DNA from: a virus
Taxonomy: Duplodnaviria > Heunggongvirae > Uroviricota > Caudoviricetes
Reading direction: 5' to 3' (one strand)
DNA: 25,479 bases
IMG/VR virus record: IMGVR_UViG_2531839473_000011
Span: 1 to 25,479 of that record
Shown here: positions 1 through 8,183 of the stretch, piece by piece
How positions within the stretch are numbered: position 1 is the stretch's first letter
Layout: the number at the start of each line of letters is the position of its first letter
Translations under genes and position numbers: made by a program
The notes under the pieces: model-generated
Databases searched by the model: none
The model's input: only the letters and a program-made list of their open reading frames with translations
What the model was told of the DNA's origin: nothing

Positions 1-99
1 GCTGCTGCTGACAATGGTAATACGTTAACGGGCAATATGCAGTTCACTGCATACCGGTCCGACCCCGTACTGCTCACGCAGCTTATCCAGCAGTGGCAT
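1..99 (-). pseudogene. IS3-family transposase OrfB, 5' portion with an apparent frameshift; rest lies outside the window
   Basis: ATG at 99-97 (minus) opens [24 protein letters not shown] and hits TAA at 27-25. The remaining bases to the window edge read TYYHCQQQ only in the adjacent frame. A single-base change in the CCC run around 31-34 would join the two segments. Confidence 0.4.
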
Positions 100-424
100 A
101 TTTTTTCCAGAGGCGGTCGAACTCCGCCTTCGCAAAATAAGCGGAAGCCTGGCGAAGGATATCGTTACTGCGGCGCAGTTCACGATTTTCACGTTCCAGC
201 TCTTTCAGACGCTGACGTTCAGCGGTGGTGAGCCCACCATCACCGCTCCCGGTATCCCTCTCATGCTGGCGAACCCAGACACGCAGAGTCTCTGGCGTAC
301 AGCCAATCTTTGGAGCAATGGAACAAATTGCCGCCCATTGTGAGTCATATTCGCCCTGACTTTCCAGAACCATACGAACTGCGCGTTGACGGACTTCGGG
401 GGAAAAACGAGTATTTTTAGTCAT
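83..424 (-). CDS. IS3-family transposase OrfA (HTH DNA-binding subunit)
   Basis: 113-aa [29 protein letters not shown]...[36 protein letters not shown], recognisable as IS3-family OrfA. AGGA-containing RBS-like sequence just upstream, inside the terminal repeat. Confidence 0.85.
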   Translation of the reverse strand: MTKNTRFSPEVRQRAVRMVLESQGEYDSQWAAICSIAPKIGCTPETLRVWVRQHERDTGSGDGGLTTAERQRLKELERENRELRRSNDILRQASAYFAKAEFDRLWKKYATAG

Positions 425-522
425 CCTGTTTACCTCTTTCTCAGGAAGTTTAGTCTCCAGGATTTCCGGGGCGGTTCACGCATACCTTTCAACTAACTAT
501 TCACTATTGGAAATCTTAAGAA

Positions 523-819
523 ATGGAAAGAACAAGTTACAGCAAACTATCACAGCGCGACGTTGATCGCGCAGAAACAGATTTACTCATCAACCTGTCA
601 ACGCTTACACAGCGCGGTCTGGCAAAGATGATTGGCTGTCATGAATCGAAGATAAGCAGAACGGACTGGAGATTTATTGCTTCGGTCTTGTGTGCTTTCG
701 GAATGGCATCAGACATCAGTCCGATTAGCAGGGCTTTTAAGTATGCGCTTGATGAAATCACAAAGAAAAAATCCCCGGCCGCCACCGAGGATTTTAAGCA
801 AATTGATATGCAATTCTGA
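523..819 (+). CDS. cII: CII-like transcriptional activator (lysogeny establishment)
   Basis: 98-aa ORF of lambda CII size with a similar C-terminus (KKKSPAATEDFKQIDMQF versus lambda KKRPAATERSEQIQMEF) and a central HTH-like segment. It sits directly upstream of the replication genes as in lambdoid phages. Confidence 0.75.
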   Translation: MERTSYSKLSQRDVDRAETDLLINLSTLTQRGLAKMIGCHESKISRTDWRFIASVLCAFGMASDISPISRAFKYALDEITKKKSPAATEDFKQIDMQF

Positions 820-851
820 GGGAATTACTGGATCAATCCACAGGAGTCATT

Positions 852-1013
852 ATGACAAAACGTCGTAAGAAATACCAGGAAAAAGAAGAGATTCGACACC
901 CTGATTCACCTGAGGGATTAGTGGTAGCCGCAGCAAATAACAGGGCGTTCGCAGAGCGCCTTGTTGGTGTTTACAGACTAGCCAAAGCAGGAGTGAAACA
1001 TGGGCGTCGTTAA
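852..1013 (+). CDS. Small basic hypothetical protein (53 aa)
   Basis: ATG at 852 preceded by AGGAG (842-846). [56 protein letters not shown] ends at TAA 1011-1013, overlapping the O start at 1000. It is below the 60-aa cut-off of the ORF track. Confidence 0.3.
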   Translation: MTKRRKKYQEKEEIRHPDSPEGLVVAAANNRAFAERLVGVYRLAKAGVKHGRR

Positions 1014-1821
1014 GTTAGCTGATTACAGGCCTCAACTTGAGGTCGTGGAGCATCGCGTGGCAGATACCGAAGATGGTTTCATGCGCGTTGCTAACGAGAT
1101 TACCGACAGTCTGCTGATGGCTGATTTAACCGTCCGGCAGTTGAAGGTGATGCTCGCTATCATGCGCAAGACATACGGATTCAATAAGCCGATGGATCGA
1201 CTCACAAACACGCAGATAGCAGCCATGACAGGTATTCATCACACTCATGTTTGCGCTGCCAAGCGCCAGCTTATCGAGCGTAAATTCCTCATTGCTGATG
1301 GCGTGAAAATCGGAGTGAACAAGGTGGTTTCTCAGTGGATTAGCCAGGGCAGCTTAACATTAGCTAAAACAGCTAATAAAACATTAGCCAAGTCGGCTAA
1401 TGGGTATAAGCCAAGTCAGCTAAACACAAAAGACAATATACAAAAGACAATAAATACAAATACCCCCTTACCCCCTAACGGGGGCGGCGATGGGCAGGTT
1501 AAACCTGAACGTCGCAAGGCAGAACGAATCGACTACGAATCCTTCCTCAACGCCTACAACACCGAAGTCGGTGACAGGCTTCCACACGCTGTTGCGGTCA
1601 ACGAGAAACGCAAACGCCGCCTGAAGAAAATCATCCCGCAACTGAAAACGCCAAACGTGGACGGTTTCAGAGCGTATGTCAGGGCGTTTGTGCATCAGGC
1701 CAAGCCGTTTTACTTCGGAGACAACGACACGGGCTGGACGGCAGATTTTGATTACCTGCTGAGGGAAGATTCGTTAACGGGAGTACGGGAAGGGAAGTTT
1801 GCAGACAGGGGGATTGCATGA
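1000..1821 (+). CDS. O: Replication initiation protein, lambda O-like
   Basis: 273 aa. The N-terminal region ([34 protein letters not shown]) resembles the lambda O DNA-binding domain. AGGAG RBS upstream. An iteron array lies inside the gene, and a helicase gene follows. Confidence 0.8.
   Translation: MGVVKLADYRPQLEVVEHRVADTEDGFMRVANEITDSLLMADLTVRQLKVMLAIMRKTYGFNKPMDRLTNTQIAAMTGIHHTHVCAAKRQLIERKFLIADGVKIGVNKVVSQWISQGSLTLAKTANKTLAKSANGYKPSQLNTKDNIQKTINTNTPLPPNGGGDGQVKPERRKAERIDYESFLNAYNTEVGDRLPHAVAVNEKRKRRLKKIIPQLKTPNVDGFRAYVRAFVHQAKPFYFGDNDTGWTADFDYLLREDSLTGVREGKFADRGIA
1340..1465. other. Candidate origin of replication: four ~18-bp iterons plus an AT-rich tract inside the O gene
   Basis: Iterons TTAGCCAGGGCAGCTTAA (1340), TTAGCTAAAACAGCTAAT (1360), TTAGCCAAGTCGGCTAAT (1384) and TAAGCCAAGTCAGCTAAA (1407), each with internal dyad symmetry and spaced 20-24 bp apart, followed by an A-rich stretch 1425-1465. 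This matches the lambdoid ori layout inside O. Confidence 0.6.
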
Positions 1822-3194
1822 AACAGGATATCGAAGCGAGCGTTATCGGTGGCTTGCTGATTGGTGGATTAACACCAACTGCCAGTGACGTTCTGGCAAC
1901 GCTGGAGCCGGAAGCGTTTTCAATTCCGCTCTACCGGAAAGCCTTCGAGGTTATCCGCAAGCAGGCGAGAAACAGAAACCTAATCGACGCGCTGATGGTT
2001 GCCGAGGCGTGCGGAGAGGAGCATTTCACGTCAATCCTGATGACCAGCAAAAACTGCCCGAGTGCCGCAAACCTGAAGGGATATGCCGGAATGGTCGCGG
2101 ATAACTATCACCGCCGTCTGGTGCTGGAAATCATGGATGAAATGCGTGAACCAATTCAGAGCGGAACCATCGACGCATCGAGTCAGGCGATGGATGAACT
2201 TGTAAAGCGTCTTTCAGCCATCAGAAAGCCACGTGACGAGGTTAAACCTGTACGGTTAGGGGAAATCATCACCGACTACACTGACACGCTTGACAGGCGT
2301 CTGAGGAACGGAGAAGAGTCCGATACCCTGAAGACCGGAATCGAAGAACTTGATGCCATCACCGGAGGGATGAACGCGGAAGACCTTGTGATAATCGCTG
2401 CTCGTCCTGGTATGGGGAAAACCGAACTGGCGCTGAAGATTGCCGAAGGCGTTGCAAGCCGCGTTATTCCTGGTTCTGACGTCCGGCGCGGAGTGTTGAT
2501 TTTCTCGATGGAAATGAGCGCATTGCAGATTGCAGAGCGAAGCATTGCCAACGCCGGGAGGATGCCGGTTAGCGTGCTGCGAAATCCTGCTTCGATGGAT
2601 GACGAAGGCTGGGCGCGCGTTGCTAACGGCATGAGTCAGCTTGCAGATTTGGATGTATGGGTAGTCGATGCCTCGCGGTTATCGGTCGAAGAAATACGCT
2701 CAATCGCAGAACGGCACAAACAGGAAAATCCAAACCTGTCACTCATCATGGTGGATTATCTTGGCCTGATTGAGAAGCCGAAAGCAGACCGCAACGACCT
2801 CGCAATTGCTCACATCTCCGGAAGCCTGAAGGCGATGGCGAAAGACCTGAAAACGCCAGTTATCTCCCTAAGTCAGCTTTCACGCGATGTTGAGAAGCGA
2901 CCAAACAAACGCCCGACAAACGCAGATTTGCGTGATTCAGGAAGCATTGAACAGGACGCAGACTCAATCATCATGCTCTATCGGGAAGCGGTATATGACG
3001 AGAACAGTAGCGCCGCGCCATTTGCTGAAATCATCGTGACGAAAAACCGTTTTGGCTCACTTGGTACGGTTTACCAGCGGTTCTGCAACGGACACTTTGT
3101 TGCATGTGACCAGGATGAAGCCAGACAGATTTGCACAGCATCAAATGCACCTGCTGCGCGTGGCAGACGATATGCACAAGGGGCTGACGTATGA
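1818..3194 (+). CDS. DnaB-family replicative DNA helicase (P22 gene 12-type)
   Basis: 458 aa with a Walker A motif ([10 protein letters not shown]) and the DnaB C-terminal RecA-like domain pattern. The start overlaps the O stop (ATGA). Confidence 0.85.
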   Translation: MKQDIEASVIGGLLIGGLTPTASDVLATLEPEAFSIPLYRKAFEVIRKQARNRNLIDALMVAEACGEEHFTSILMTSKNCPSAANLKGYAGMVADNYHRRLVLEIMDEMREPIQSGTIDASSQAMDELVKRLSAIRKPRDEVKPVRLGEIITDYTDTLDRRLRNGEESDTLKTGIEELDAITGGMNAEDLVIIAARPGMGKTELALKIAEGVASRVIPGSDVRRGVLIFSMEMSALQIAERSIANAGRMPVSVLRNPASMDDEGWARVANGMSQLADLDVWVVDASRLSVEEIRSIAERHKQENPNLSLIMVDYLGLIEKPKADRNDLAIAHISGSLKAMAKDLKTPVISLSQLSRDVEKRPNKRPTNADLRDSGSIEQDADSIIMLYREAVYDENSSAAPFAEIIVTKNRFGSLGTVYQRFCNGHFVACDQDEARQICTASNAPAARGRRYAQGADV

Positions 3195-3219
3195 CCATCT
3201 ACATCACTGAGCTTGTAAC

Positions 3220-3252
3220 AGGCCTGCTGGTAATCGCAGGCCTTTTTATTTG
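3220..3252 (+). terminator. Rho-independent terminator after the replication genes (position of lambda tR2)
   Basis: Perfect 8-bp stem AGGCCTGC (3220-3227) / GCAGGCCT (3236-3243) with an 8-nt loop, followed by TTTTTATTT. Confidence 0.6.
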
Positions 3253-3266
3253 GGGGAGAGTAAATC

Positions 3267-3473
3267 GTGGTTGAGTTTATGCTCGTCGCACTCAAATGCG
3301 TTGGCGTTGGATGGATTCTTCTGACGTTTTTTATTGTTCTGCATAGCTACATTCGTCTTGTGAATGACGGTAAAGACCCATGGTATACGTTGTTTGGCGC
3401 TGCATTTGTCTGGGTGATTATCGGTGTTATGCCTGTCGCTGTAGCAAAAATGGCGTGGCGTTTTGTGAGTTGA
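3267..3473 (+). CDS. Small hydrophobic protein (68 aa) with two predicted membrane-spanning segments
   Basis: GTG start at 3267 preceded by GGGGGAGAG; an alternative ATG is at 3279. Two hydrophobic stretches (GWILLTFFIVL and AAFVWVIIGVMPVAVA). It sits just downstream of the terminator. Confidence 0.5.
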   Translation: MVEFMLVALKCVGVGWILLTFFIVLHSYIRLVNDGKDPWYTLFGAAFVWVIIGVMPVAVAKMAWRFVS

Positions 3474-3490
3474 ACTGAGGGTAAGTATCG

Positions 3491-3805
3491 ATGGACGAAT
3501 CAAGAAAGCAGTTTGAGGAATACGTTGCCAAAAAATTGAGATTACCATTCGAGATGATAACCGAGGCAAGAAATGGTGATAGGTACTTTGCATTTTCAAG
3601 CATGGATATTCGTCACTCCTTAAATGAGTGGTGGGCTTTATGGCAGGCATCGCGAGCAGCTATTGAAATAACCGCGCCAAAGTTTATCGACAGCAGAGAA
3701 GCATTAGCCAAAGGGTTTACTGTTGATTATTCCAATGGCTTCGGTGATGCAATGGATGCTTATGAGGAAAACATCCGCGCTGCTGGAGTCAAAGTGAAGG
3801 AGTGA
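3491..3805 (+). CDS. Hypothetical protein (104 aa)
   Basis: Intact ORF with local GC visibly lower than its neighbours. No family recognised by eye. Confidence 0.5.
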   Translation: MDESRKQFEEYVAKKLRLPFEMITEARNGDRYFAFSSMDIRHSLNEWWALWQASRAAIEITAPKFIDSREALAKGFTVDYSNGFGDAMDAYEENIRAAGVKVKE

Positions 3806-3807
3806 GT

Positions 3808-3972
3808 ATGAGCGCATACGAAGAAATCATGTTAGCCCTGCGATTCTTTTTCGGTGTGGAAGAAGATGAAAACGTAAATGAGATTATCGGGCAAGACCAT
3901 GACCCGATAGGGACTATTGCAGCTGCACTTGACGATTACAGGAGCGTAAATGGTGAGGAAACTAACGTTTGA
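3808..3972 (+). CDS. Small acidic hypothetical protein (54 aa)
   Basis: ATG at 3808 preceded by GGAGTGAGT. The ORF overlaps the NinB start, consistent with translational coupling. Below the ORF-track cut-off. Confidence 0.35.
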   Translation: MSAYEEIMLALRFFFGVEEDENVNEIIGQDHDPIGTIAAALDDYRSVNGEETNV

Positions 3973-4393
3973 ACTAAGAAGCCCCATCCATCAGCAGAAC
4001 GCCATTCAAGCCATCCAGCAAATTCTTACAGACCCAACCAAACCAATCGTAGTAACCATTCAGGAACGCAACCGCAGCTTAGACCAGAATCGAAAGCTTT
4101 GGGCTTGCCTTGGTGACGTCTCTCGTCAGGTTGAATGGCATGGTCGCTGGCTGGATGCAGAAAGCTGGAAGTGTGTGTTTACCGCAGCATTAAAGCAGCA
4201 GGATGTTGTTCCTAACCTTGCCGGGAATGGCTTTGTGGTAATAGGCCAGTCAACCAGCAGGATGCGTGTAAGCGAATTTGCGGAGCTATTAGAGCTTATA
4301 CAGGCATTCGGTACAGAGCGTGGCGTTAAGTGGTCAGACGAAGCGCGACTGGCTCTGGAGTGGAAAGCGCGATGGGGAGACAGGGCGGCATGA
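3950..4393 (+). CDS. ninB: NinB (Orf-family recombination mediator)
   Basis: 147 aa, near-identical along its length to lambda NinB as I recall it (…[49 protein letters not shown]…). Confidence 0.9.
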   Translation: MVRKLTFELRSPIHQQNAIQAIQQILTDPTKPIVVTIQERNRSLDQNRKLWACLGDVSRQVEWHGRWLDAESWKCVFTAALKQQDVVPNLAGNGFVVIGQSTSRMRVSEFAELLELIQAFGTERGVKWSDEARLALEWKARWGDRAA

Positions 4394-4572
4394 GACGACA
4401 GCGACGAAGTATCACCGACATCATCTGCGAAAACTGCAAATACCTTCCAACGAAGCGCTCCAGAAATAAACGCAAGTCAATCCCAAAAGAATCTGACGTA
4501 AAAACCTTCAACTACACGGCTCACCTGTGGGATATCCGGTGGCTAAGAAATCGTGCGAGGAATACAAGGTGA
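4390..4572 (+). CDS. ninD: NinD-like small protein
   Basis: ATG at 4390 overlaps the NinB stop. Product [29 protein letters not shown]... matches lambda NinD. It is the later part of the 4330-4572 ORF in the track. Confidence 0.75.
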   Translation: MRRQRRSITDIICENCKYLPTKRSRNKRKSIPKESDVKTFNYTAHLWDIRWLRNRARNTR

Positions 4573-4739
4573 TTGACCCAAATCGAAGTTACGAACAAGA
4601 AAGCGTCGAGCGGGCTTTAACGTGCGCTAACTGCGGTCAGAAGCTGCATGTGCTGGAAGTTCACGTGTGTGAGCACTGCTGTGCAGAACTGATGAGCGAT
4701 CCGAATAGCTCAATGTACGAGGAAGAAGACGATGAATGA
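4527..4739 (+). CDS. ninE: NinE-like small protein
   Basis: ...[52 protein letters not shown]... matches lambda NinE. The true start is uncertain (ATG 4527 or GTG 4539). Confidence 0.7.
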   Translation: MGYPVAKKSCEEYKVIDPNRSYEQESVERALTCANCGQKLHVLEVHVCEHCCAELMSDPNSSMYEEEDDE

Positions 4740-5454
4740 GTTAATAAATGGCAATGCCATCAAAATGACAAGCATTGAAATCGCTGAGTTGGTGGGTAAG
4801 CGTCATGACAATGTGAAACGTACCATCGAAACGCTGGCTAAAAATGGTGTTATCCGGCTTCCTCAAATTGAGGTTTCCGAAAGAATCAATAACTTAGGAT
4901 TCAATGTTCAGTACGAGCATTACGTATTCGAAGGCGAACAAGGTAAGCGAGATAGTATTGTTGTTGTAGCCCAGTTGTCGCCGGAATTCACCGCTCGTCT
5001 TGTTGACCGTTGGCGAGAGCTTGAAGAAGCTGCGGTTAATATCCCCAAAACGCTACCAGAAGCGTTGCGCCTTGCTGCTGATCTTGCTGAGCAGAAAATG
5101 CAACTGGAAAACCAGCTCGCAATTGCCGCACCTAAAGTTGAGTTTGCCGATCGCGTTGGCGAGGCCAGTGGAATTTTGATTGGAAACTTTGCAAAGGTTG
5201 TTGGAATTGGTCCAAACAAACTGTTTGCGTGGATGCGCGATCACAAAATCCTTATTGCTTCAGGTTCCCGGCGCAATGTGCCAATGCAGGAATATATGGA
5301 GCGCGGCTATTTCACAGTGAAAGAAACAGCGGTCAACACAAATCACGGAATACAGATATCGTTCACCACAAAAATCACCGGGCGTGGTCAACAGTGGCTG
5401 ACCAGAAAGCTGCTCGATAACGGAATGCTGAAAGTAACAGGGGAGGCTGCTTAA
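4732..5454 (+). CDS. Rha-family regulator with a C-terminal ANT/KilAC-like domain (antirepressor-like)
   Basis: 240 aa. The N-terminus (MTSIEIAELVGKRHDNVKRTIETLAKNG) is typical of the phage Rha regulatory domain. The C-terminal half resembles antirepressor C-terminal domains. Confidence 0.7.
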   Translation: MNELINGNAIKMTSIEIAELVGKRHDNVKRTIETLAKNGVIRLPQIEVSERINNLGFNVQYEHYVFEGEQGKRDSIVVVAQLSPEFTARLVDRWRELEEAAVNIPKTLPEALRLAADLAEQKMQLENQLAIAAPKVEFADRVGEASGILIGNFAKVVGIGPNKLFAWMRDHKILIASGSRRNVPMQEYMERGYFTVKETAVNTNHGIQISFTTKITGRGQQWLTRKLLDNGMLKVTGEAA

Positions 5455-5744
5455 TGGCCAATCTACGCAAAGAAGCACGCGGCAGAGAATGTCAGGTACG
5501 TATTTACGGCGTATGCAATGGCAATCCTGAAACTACAGTTCTGGCACATTACCGGATGGCTGGAATTTGCGGAACGGGAATGAAACCTGACGACCTGATT
5601 GGCGCATGGGCTTGTAGCGCGTGTCACGATGAAATCGACCGACGCACCCATAATCTCGACAACAAAGACGCCAGACTTTATCACCTCGAAGGCGTGATCA
5701 GGACGCAGGCGATCCTGCTGAAGGAGGGGAAGATTAAGCCATGA
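5454..5744 (+). CDS. DUF1364-family protein (NinX/YbcO-like, Cys-rich)
   Basis: 96 aa with paired cysteines (CQVRIYGVC ... CSACHDE). It occupies the ninX position; start overlaps the upstream stop. Confidence 0.6.
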   Translation: MANLRKEARGRECQVRIYGVCNGNPETTVLAHYRMAGICGTGMKPDDLIGAWACSACHDEIDRRTHNLDNKDARLYHLEGVIRTQAILLKEGKIKP

Positions 5745-6103
5745 ACGAATATCAGTTTGTGCTTCCTTACCCGCCGTCGGTGAACACCTACTGGCGAAGA
5801 CGGGGAAGCCAATACTACATCAGCGATAAAGGCCAGAAATACCGAAAAGACGTTCAGCAAATCATCCGCCAACTCAAGTTAGACATTTTCACCAAATCAA
5901 GACTCCGCATCAAAGTCATCGCAGACGTTCCAGACTCCCGCCGCCGCGACCTAGATAACATCCTGAAGGGTTTACTCGACTCCCTTATCCATGCCGGATT
6001 TGCGGAAGACGACGAGCAATTCGATGACATTCGCGTAATTCGTGGTGTGAAAGTACCAGGCGGACGGCTTGGAATAAAAATCACCGAACTGGAGAACGTA
6101 TGA
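5741..6103 (+). CDS. rusA: RusA-family Holliday junction resolvase
   Basis: 120 aa. Motifs LPYPPSVNTYWRRRG and DVPDSRRRDLDNILKGLLDSL match the RusA catalytic core. Confidence 0.85.
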   Translation: MNEYQFVLPYPPSVNTYWRRRGSQYYISDKGQKYRKDVQQIIRQLKLDIFTKSRLRIKVIADVPDSRRRDLDNILKGLLDSLIHAGFAEDDEQFDDIRVIRGVKVPGGRLGIKITELENV

Positions 6104-6288
6104 ACGCCACAATTCAAACGATACCAGAGCTTCTTATCCAGACACGAGGCAATCAGACCGAAGTGGCGAGGATGCTTTCCTGTGCAAGAGGAACAGTGCT
6201 CAAGTACAACCGAGACAGAAAAGGCGAGCGTCACGTAATAGTTAACGGCGTCCTGATGGTCAAACAGGGCAAGAGGGGAAGACGATGA
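6100..6288 (+). CDS. ninH: NinH-like protein
   Basis: 62 aa; ...GNQTEVARMLSCARGTVLKY...IVNGVLMV resembles lambda NinH. Confidence 0.7.
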   Translation: MNATIQTIPELLIQTRGNQTEVARMLSCARGTVLKYNRDRKGERHVIVNGVLMVKQGKRGRR

Positions 6289-6803
6289 GCATAAGAGAAC
6301 TAAACCTCACCAAAGAACAGCACGATTGGCTGAATGGCTGGCTTGAACTGTGGGGCGCATGGGTTTATTCAGGCCGCCTGGAAAAGCGCATGAGCAGCGT
6401 AATAGCGAAGTTCATGGAGAGCGTAGAGCCGGGAAGAGTTATGACAAGGCCAATGTGTAATGATGATGATGGAATGTTGATTTCTCAGGTCGTCGATTCC
6501 GTCATGTACATTGACAAGAAAGCCTTTGGCATCCTCCTCAGCTACTACGCTCATGGTTCATCTAAGCGAGCAATTGCATCCTACTATCACGCGACTGCAA
6601 AGCCACGCAAGATGTGTGGGCGTGGTGGTGAGGGATGGAGAAAACCTTCACTGGCAACCTGTAGAAATGAAATTGACGACATCCTGAAAGCGTCGTTATT
6701 TGTTTTGTACCAACCAATGCAAAATGCTTTCAAAATGCGTAAACGTGTTGAGAAAGTTAAGCATGTTGCTGTTAAAAGCCTTGACATGCAATTAGCCATT
6801 TAG
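6285..6803 (+). CDS. Q: Late-gene antiterminator Q (P22 gene 23 / QuuD-type)
   Basis: 172 aa with LELWGAWVYSG and RPMCNDDDGMLI motifs characteristic of this Q family. It sits directly upstream of the late promoter and lysis genes. Confidence 0.8.
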   Translation: MSIRELNLTKEQHDWLNGWLELWGAWVYSGRLEKRMSSVIAKFMESVEPGRVMTRPMCNDDDGMLISQVVDSVMYIDKKAFGILLSYYAHGSSKRAIASYYHATAKPRKMCGRGGEGWRKPSLATCRNEIDDILKASLFVLYQPMQNAFKMRKRVEKVKHVAVKSLDMQLAI

Positions 6804-6810
6804 CCATAAT
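6781..6810 (+). promoter_or_regulatory. Candidate late promoter (PR'-like) embedded in the 3' end of Q
   Basis: TTGACA (6781-6786), 18-bp spacer, CATAAT (6805-6810). Position is appropriate for a Q-dependent late promoter. Sequence inspection only. Confidence 0.4.
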
Positions 6811-6820
6811 TAGAGGGTAA

Positions 6821-6864
6821 GCTGCCGTTAGTGACTCTTAAGTTGCAACGGTGGCTTTTTTGTT
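6821..6864 (+). terminator. Rho-independent terminator just downstream of the late promoter (tR'-like)
   Basis: 9-bp stem GCTGCCGTT (6821-6829) / AACGGTGGC (6847-6855) with two G-U pairs, then TTTTTTGTTTG. Confidence 0.5.
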
Positions 6865-7399
6865 TGCACAACAGGTAAGAGCATTGAACCCGCAGACCTC
6901 GCGGAATTGGTGAAAGGTGCCGCGCAGTACTCTTATCGTTGTGGTGAATACGCAGGCTGATGCGTTAATCAGGTGAACGAGACACCCGCCGGTCCGTGAT
7001 ATGGCACACCGTGCCGGTCATATCTGCCGCGGTTAGGTTTACGAGGATTTCGTAAAGCTGGTCTAGGGTTAAGCCGTGAAAGCGGAGGAAGTAAAACGAG
7101 GCGTCGGTACACGCCTATCGTCATTAAGTCGGAGTTCAGCACCGACCGCCACAACCCAAACTGAGCCGTAGCCACTGGCTGTCCTGAATTCATCAGTGAT
7201 AGTTATGCTGCGGCCTTCTACACATGACCTTCGTGAAAGCGGGTGGCAGGAGGTTGCGCTAACAACCTCATGCCGTTTTGCCCGTGCATATCGGTCACGA
7301 ACAAATCTGATTACTAAACACAGTAGCCTGGATTTGTTCTATCAGTAATCGACCTTATTCCTAATTAAATAGAGCAAATCCCCTTATTGGGGGTAAGAC

Positions 7400-7723
7400 A
7401 TGAAGATGCCAGAAAAACATGACCTGTTAGCCGCCATTCTCGCGGCAAAGGAACAAGGCATCGGGGCAATCCTTGCGTTTGCAATGGCGTACCTTCGCGG
7501 CAGATATAATGGCGGTGCGTTTACAAAAACAGTAATCGACGCAACGATGTGCGCCATTATCGCCTGGTTCATTCGTGACCTTCTCGACTTCGCCGGACTA
7601 AGTAGCAATCTCGCTTATATAACGAGCGTGTTCATCGGCTACATCGGTACTGACTCGATAGGTTCGCTTATCAAACGCTTCGCTGCTAAAAAAGCCGGAG
7701 TAGAAGATGGTGGAAATCAATAA
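7400..7723 (+). CDS. S: Holin, lambda S-type (class I) with dual-start motif
   Basis: 107 aa, essentially identical to lambda S as I recall it, including the Met1-Lys2-Met3 dual start (ATGAAGATG). The upstream leader also matches the lambda late leader. Confidence 0.92.
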   Translation: MKMPEKHDLLAAILAAKEQGIGAILAFAMAYLRGRYNGGAFTKTVIDATMCAIIAWFIRDLLDFAGLSSNLAYITSVFIGYIGTDSIGSLIKRFAAKKAGVEDGGNQ

Positions 7724-8183
7724 TCAACGTAAGGCGTTCCTCGATATGCTGGCGTGGTCAGAGGGAACTGATAACGGACGACAGAAAACCAGAAATCATG
7801 GTTATGACGTCATTGTAGGCGGAGAGCTATTCACTGATTACTCAGATCACCCTCGCAAACTTGTCACGCTAAACCCAAAACTCAAATCAACAGCCGCCGG
7901 ACGTTACCAGCTTCTTTCCCGTTGGTGGGATGCCTACCGCAAGCAGCTTGGCCTGAAAGACTTCTCTCCGAAAAGCCAGGACGCTGTGGCACTGCAACAG
8001 ATTAAAGAGCGTGGCGCTTTACCGATGATTGACCGCGGTGATATTCGTCAGGCAATCGACCGTTGCAGTAATATCTGGGCTTCACTGCCTGGCGCTGGTT
8101 ATGGTCAGTTCGAGCATAAGGCTGACAGCCTGATTGCAAAATTCAAAGAAGCAGGCGGAACGGTCAGAGAGATTGAGGTATGA
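7707..8183 (+). CDS. R: Endolysin, lambda R-type lytic transglycosylase
   Basis: 158 aa, near-identical to lambda R. The start overlaps the end of S as in lambda. Confidence 0.92.
   Translation: MVEINNQRKAFLDMLAWSEGTDNGRQKTRNHGYDVIVGGELFTDYSDHPRKLVTLNPKLKSTAAGRYQLLSRWWDAYRKQLGLKDFSPKSQDAVALQQIKERGALPMIDRGDIRQAIDRCSNIWASLPGAGYGQFEHKADSLIAKFKEAGGTVREIEV

Larger units (their letters stand above)
1..479 (-). mobile_element. IS3-family insertion sequence (IS629/IS1203-like), inner portion; the element continues beyond the window start
   Basis: Minus-strand OrfA (83-424) has the IS3-family OrfA HTH/leucine-zipper pattern. The + strand reads ...GGGGCGGTTCA at 469-479, i.e. the element ends TGAACCGCCCC... 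on its own strand, a TG...CA-type IS3-family terminus as I recall for IS629. An OrfB start overlaps the OrfA 3' end. Confidence 0.8.

Noticed and set aside
37-231. 64-aa + strand ORF inside the IS element
   Set aside because: It is antisense to the transposase genes and has no RBS.
530-545. Possible CII-binding repeats (TTGC-N6-TTGC) in the first codons of cII
   Set aside because: Only a partial match is present (TTGC-N6-TTGT on the minus strand), and the IS insertion would separate any such promoter from its targets.
2276-2632. 118-aa minus-strand ORF inside the helicase gene
   Set aside because: Fully embedded antisense in a confidently assigned gene. The same applies to the other minus-strand ORFs in the track that overlap + strand genes.
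6969-7193. 74-aa minus-strand ORF in the late leader
   Set aside because: Arg/Pro-rich low-complexity product with no RBS, antisense to the late transcript.
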